A stretch of DNA of 52,307 bases, filler included, from Jimgerdemannia flammicorona (Eukaryota): assembly GCA_003990765.1 (NCBI GenBank). It is 2 parts of 2 records of this genome, joined end to end, with 100 filler letters (N's around TTAATTAATTAA, not from the genome) between each part and the next. Parts side by side here need not be neighbours in the genome. Positions count along the whole stretch, not along the records: positions 26,208 to 52,307 come from RBNJ01000761.1; 1 more part is not named here. One strand, given 5' to 3'. Made by a program: the position numbers and the translations under genes. Shown here piece by piece: positions 50,100-52,307 of this stretch (within the stretch, counting starts at the first letter, position 1; each line of letters begins with the position of its first letter). The notes beneath the pieces are model-generated. The model did no database searches. It saw only the letters and a list, made by a program, of their open reading frames with translations, and was not told the DNA's origin.

Positions 50100-51650
50100 G
50101 ATACTAGAGTAGTTTAAACATTTACCTATCTATTATTATATACTATCTCTTAATATCAATAGATTGTGAGATAGTATTAAGAAAAGAAGAGTCTTTTTTA
50201 GCTAAAAGTGAGATACTATTATTTGGTTTTCTTATAGAATATTAGAACTAATAGAAGAAGAATTATACAATATAGTATAAGAAGTAATTTAATAGTTTTG
50301 AGTAGAATAACCAAGCTAGTATTCTGATTAGAGTGAGGAAAGATAAGTTTGTCAATATTATAGTCTTTAGAGAATATCTAATCTGAGGCAGATTGGAGAA
50401 AAGTAAAAGAGATAGCTTTATAGTAGACTCTGTTTATCTTTCTATAATAAATAGAGAGTAAAAGTAATAGCTAGAGAAGTAGCTGAATTGAGAGGGCTAA
50501 AAGAAGATTATATTAGTTATTTTGAGAGAAGACTTTAAGATAAGTCTAATAATAAGATAGTGATAATTATCTCTCTAGAATTATCTAAGAGACTATAGAT
50601 AGAAAGAAAGATAGATCTAATGAATAGAGTTTAGCTAAGAGTAGAAAAAAAGACTAGATTATTTATAAGGTAATATTCTATAGATAATAGATTAGTTAAG
50701 ATATAGATTAATTGAATTTTAGTAGGAAAATACTAAAAAAATATACATATTAGATAAGACTATAGTCTAATAATGTCTCTGGTCAGAGTACTGAGAAGTA
50801 GAAGTAAAGGATTATTTTGGAGTCTAGAAGAATAAGTAATAGGTGAAGATTGAATATATTTTTGCTAAATAGAAATAGAGAGAGATTTATTAGTATATAT
50901 AGCTCACTGAAAGGTTACTAAATGGAAAATAGATGAGAAGTATAATAGAGTATGGTAAGAATTATTCAAACATTTGACTGGGGTTTACTGAAAGGATGTT
51001 GGAGAGATTGCTGGTTAAGAGTAGAGAAATAAAAAGAGAAAACTAGATAAAGAGATATATAATAGTAGCTAAAGAGAATTACTGAAGAGAGGTGGACTAA
51101 TAATGAACTATTCAGACTAACTAAAAAGATTCATAAAATATAGGCCGAACTGAAGACAGATGAGAATAGGGTGATAGATAGTCTGCTAATAAGACTGATA
51201 TAGAGAAAGATAAGAGACTGATAAAGTTCTTAACTAGAACTCTAAAGATATAGAAGGTGAGACAAAGTTGGTCTGCTGTCTTGTGCAAAGATAGTGAGAA
51301 GATGATTAGAATTCAAAAGAGACTAATAGAGATCTCTGAGAGATAACAGTCTCTTTGGCAAATGATGAGACCACTATAGCTAGAGATCTAGAGAGTATAT
51401 TAAGGTGTCTGATGTTGGACAATTGATGAGTTGAGAGAATATAAGTCCTTGGAAAAATAGTCTTGAAAAGAATAATGCTGAGAAGATATTGGGGGTATTG
51501 GAGAAAGCTTAGCATAACTTATTTCCAGAAGAAGATAGTCTATCTTAAGAGTTTTAGTGTAATAATACTTATTTCTACCCCTCTCTTATCCTTGGATAAT
51601 TTGGGAAATAAGGTATTACTTAGGGACTTGACACAAGTATGTATCAAGAA
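50100..51650 (-). pseudogene. Extremely mutated AT-rich TE remnant, possibly a LINE endonuclease region
   Basis: Strong purine skew and TpA excess, and a IIDY-like relic at rc ~50755-50785. Weak. Confidence 0.3.
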
Positions 51651-51984
51651 GCATTGCTGACGATTTAGACAAACCCATGTTTATACGAACTCATCACCAC
51701 AGTAGTTACCTGCAATTGAGTAGTCTATCGTTTGCAGTAGAGCCATTGGCTGCTCTATTTCTTTATTTTTTCCACACCCCCGAACATTGTACAATTCCCT
51801 TGCCCGAGTTACTCAAAGAATCCGCACCCTCTGCGACATACGGTTTGCCGCAACAACGAAACCGCCGCCTTTTGGAGACACTACCCATAAATCCGTAAAT
51901 CCGCAAGTCCCCGTCGAGGTTACCTCAACATACGATTTCCTTATCCAGACGAACGCCGCACAGTAAAGATCACGACATTGTTCG

Positions 51985-52065
51985 TCATACAACGAGGCGC
52001 GTCACCCGCGTCACTTAAAACGCGTCACCCGAATTAAATACGTCACCCAGGATGCGTCACTCAAG
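51985..52065. promoter_or_regulatory. Cluster of five (G)CGTCAC motifs in a small CpG island
   Basis: GCGTCACC, GCGTCACT, ACGCGTCACC, ACGTCACC and GCGTCACT fall within 70 bp, flanked by CpG-free DNA. Confidence 0.45.
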
Positions 52066-52307
52066 ATCTCATGCCAGAAAATTGACCTTCTTTCCTAACT
52101 AGTTTTGTATTCAGTAATATAAAATATTATAGTAAATATATAGTTAACATATTTTAGTAAATAACTTTATTATTTAAGACTATTTTCTCTTTACTGAGAT
52201 TTCTGTTTATTAAAATTCTTTTATTAAGACTAGATTTCATTTGTTTAAATTCTCTTATTGAAATTCTCTATATTGAGATCTCTTTTGTCATACTTATGGA
52301 AAAAAAA

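Overview
Eukaryotic, almost certainly fungal, repeat-rich DNA. The GT-AG introns, NLRC3-like LRR exons and Tx1/Plavaka/Harbinger content would fit an early-diverging fungus such as Mucoromycota, but that placement is inference only. Most of the window is nested, decayed transposons with strong CpG and CpA/TpG loss: Ty3/Gypsy LTR elements, a Tx1/L1-like LINE, three copies of a 1.2-kb poly(A) non-autonomous retroposon, hAT, CMC/Plavaka and PIF/Harbinger DNA transposons, and MITEs. CpG-retaining islands lie at about 11.3-14.0 kb, 19.6-26.0 kb and 51.65-52.08 kb. One of these holds a tandem family of an unknown, probably N-myristoylated 177-aa protein. An artificial N44-TTAATTAATTAA-N44 spacer at 26108-26207 means the two halves may not be adjacent. 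There are two standout findings. (1) A complete 6.3-kb hAT element (TIRs, 8-bp TSD) carries, convergent to its transposase, a spliced and decayed TET/JBP-like 2OG-Fe(II) dioxygenase gene (HxD...HGT), a candidate transposon-borne anti-silencing enzyme. (2) A 10.3-kb Harbinger element has ~1.2-kb TIRs and an internal array built from ~20 repeats of one 84-nt LRR exon plus one intron.
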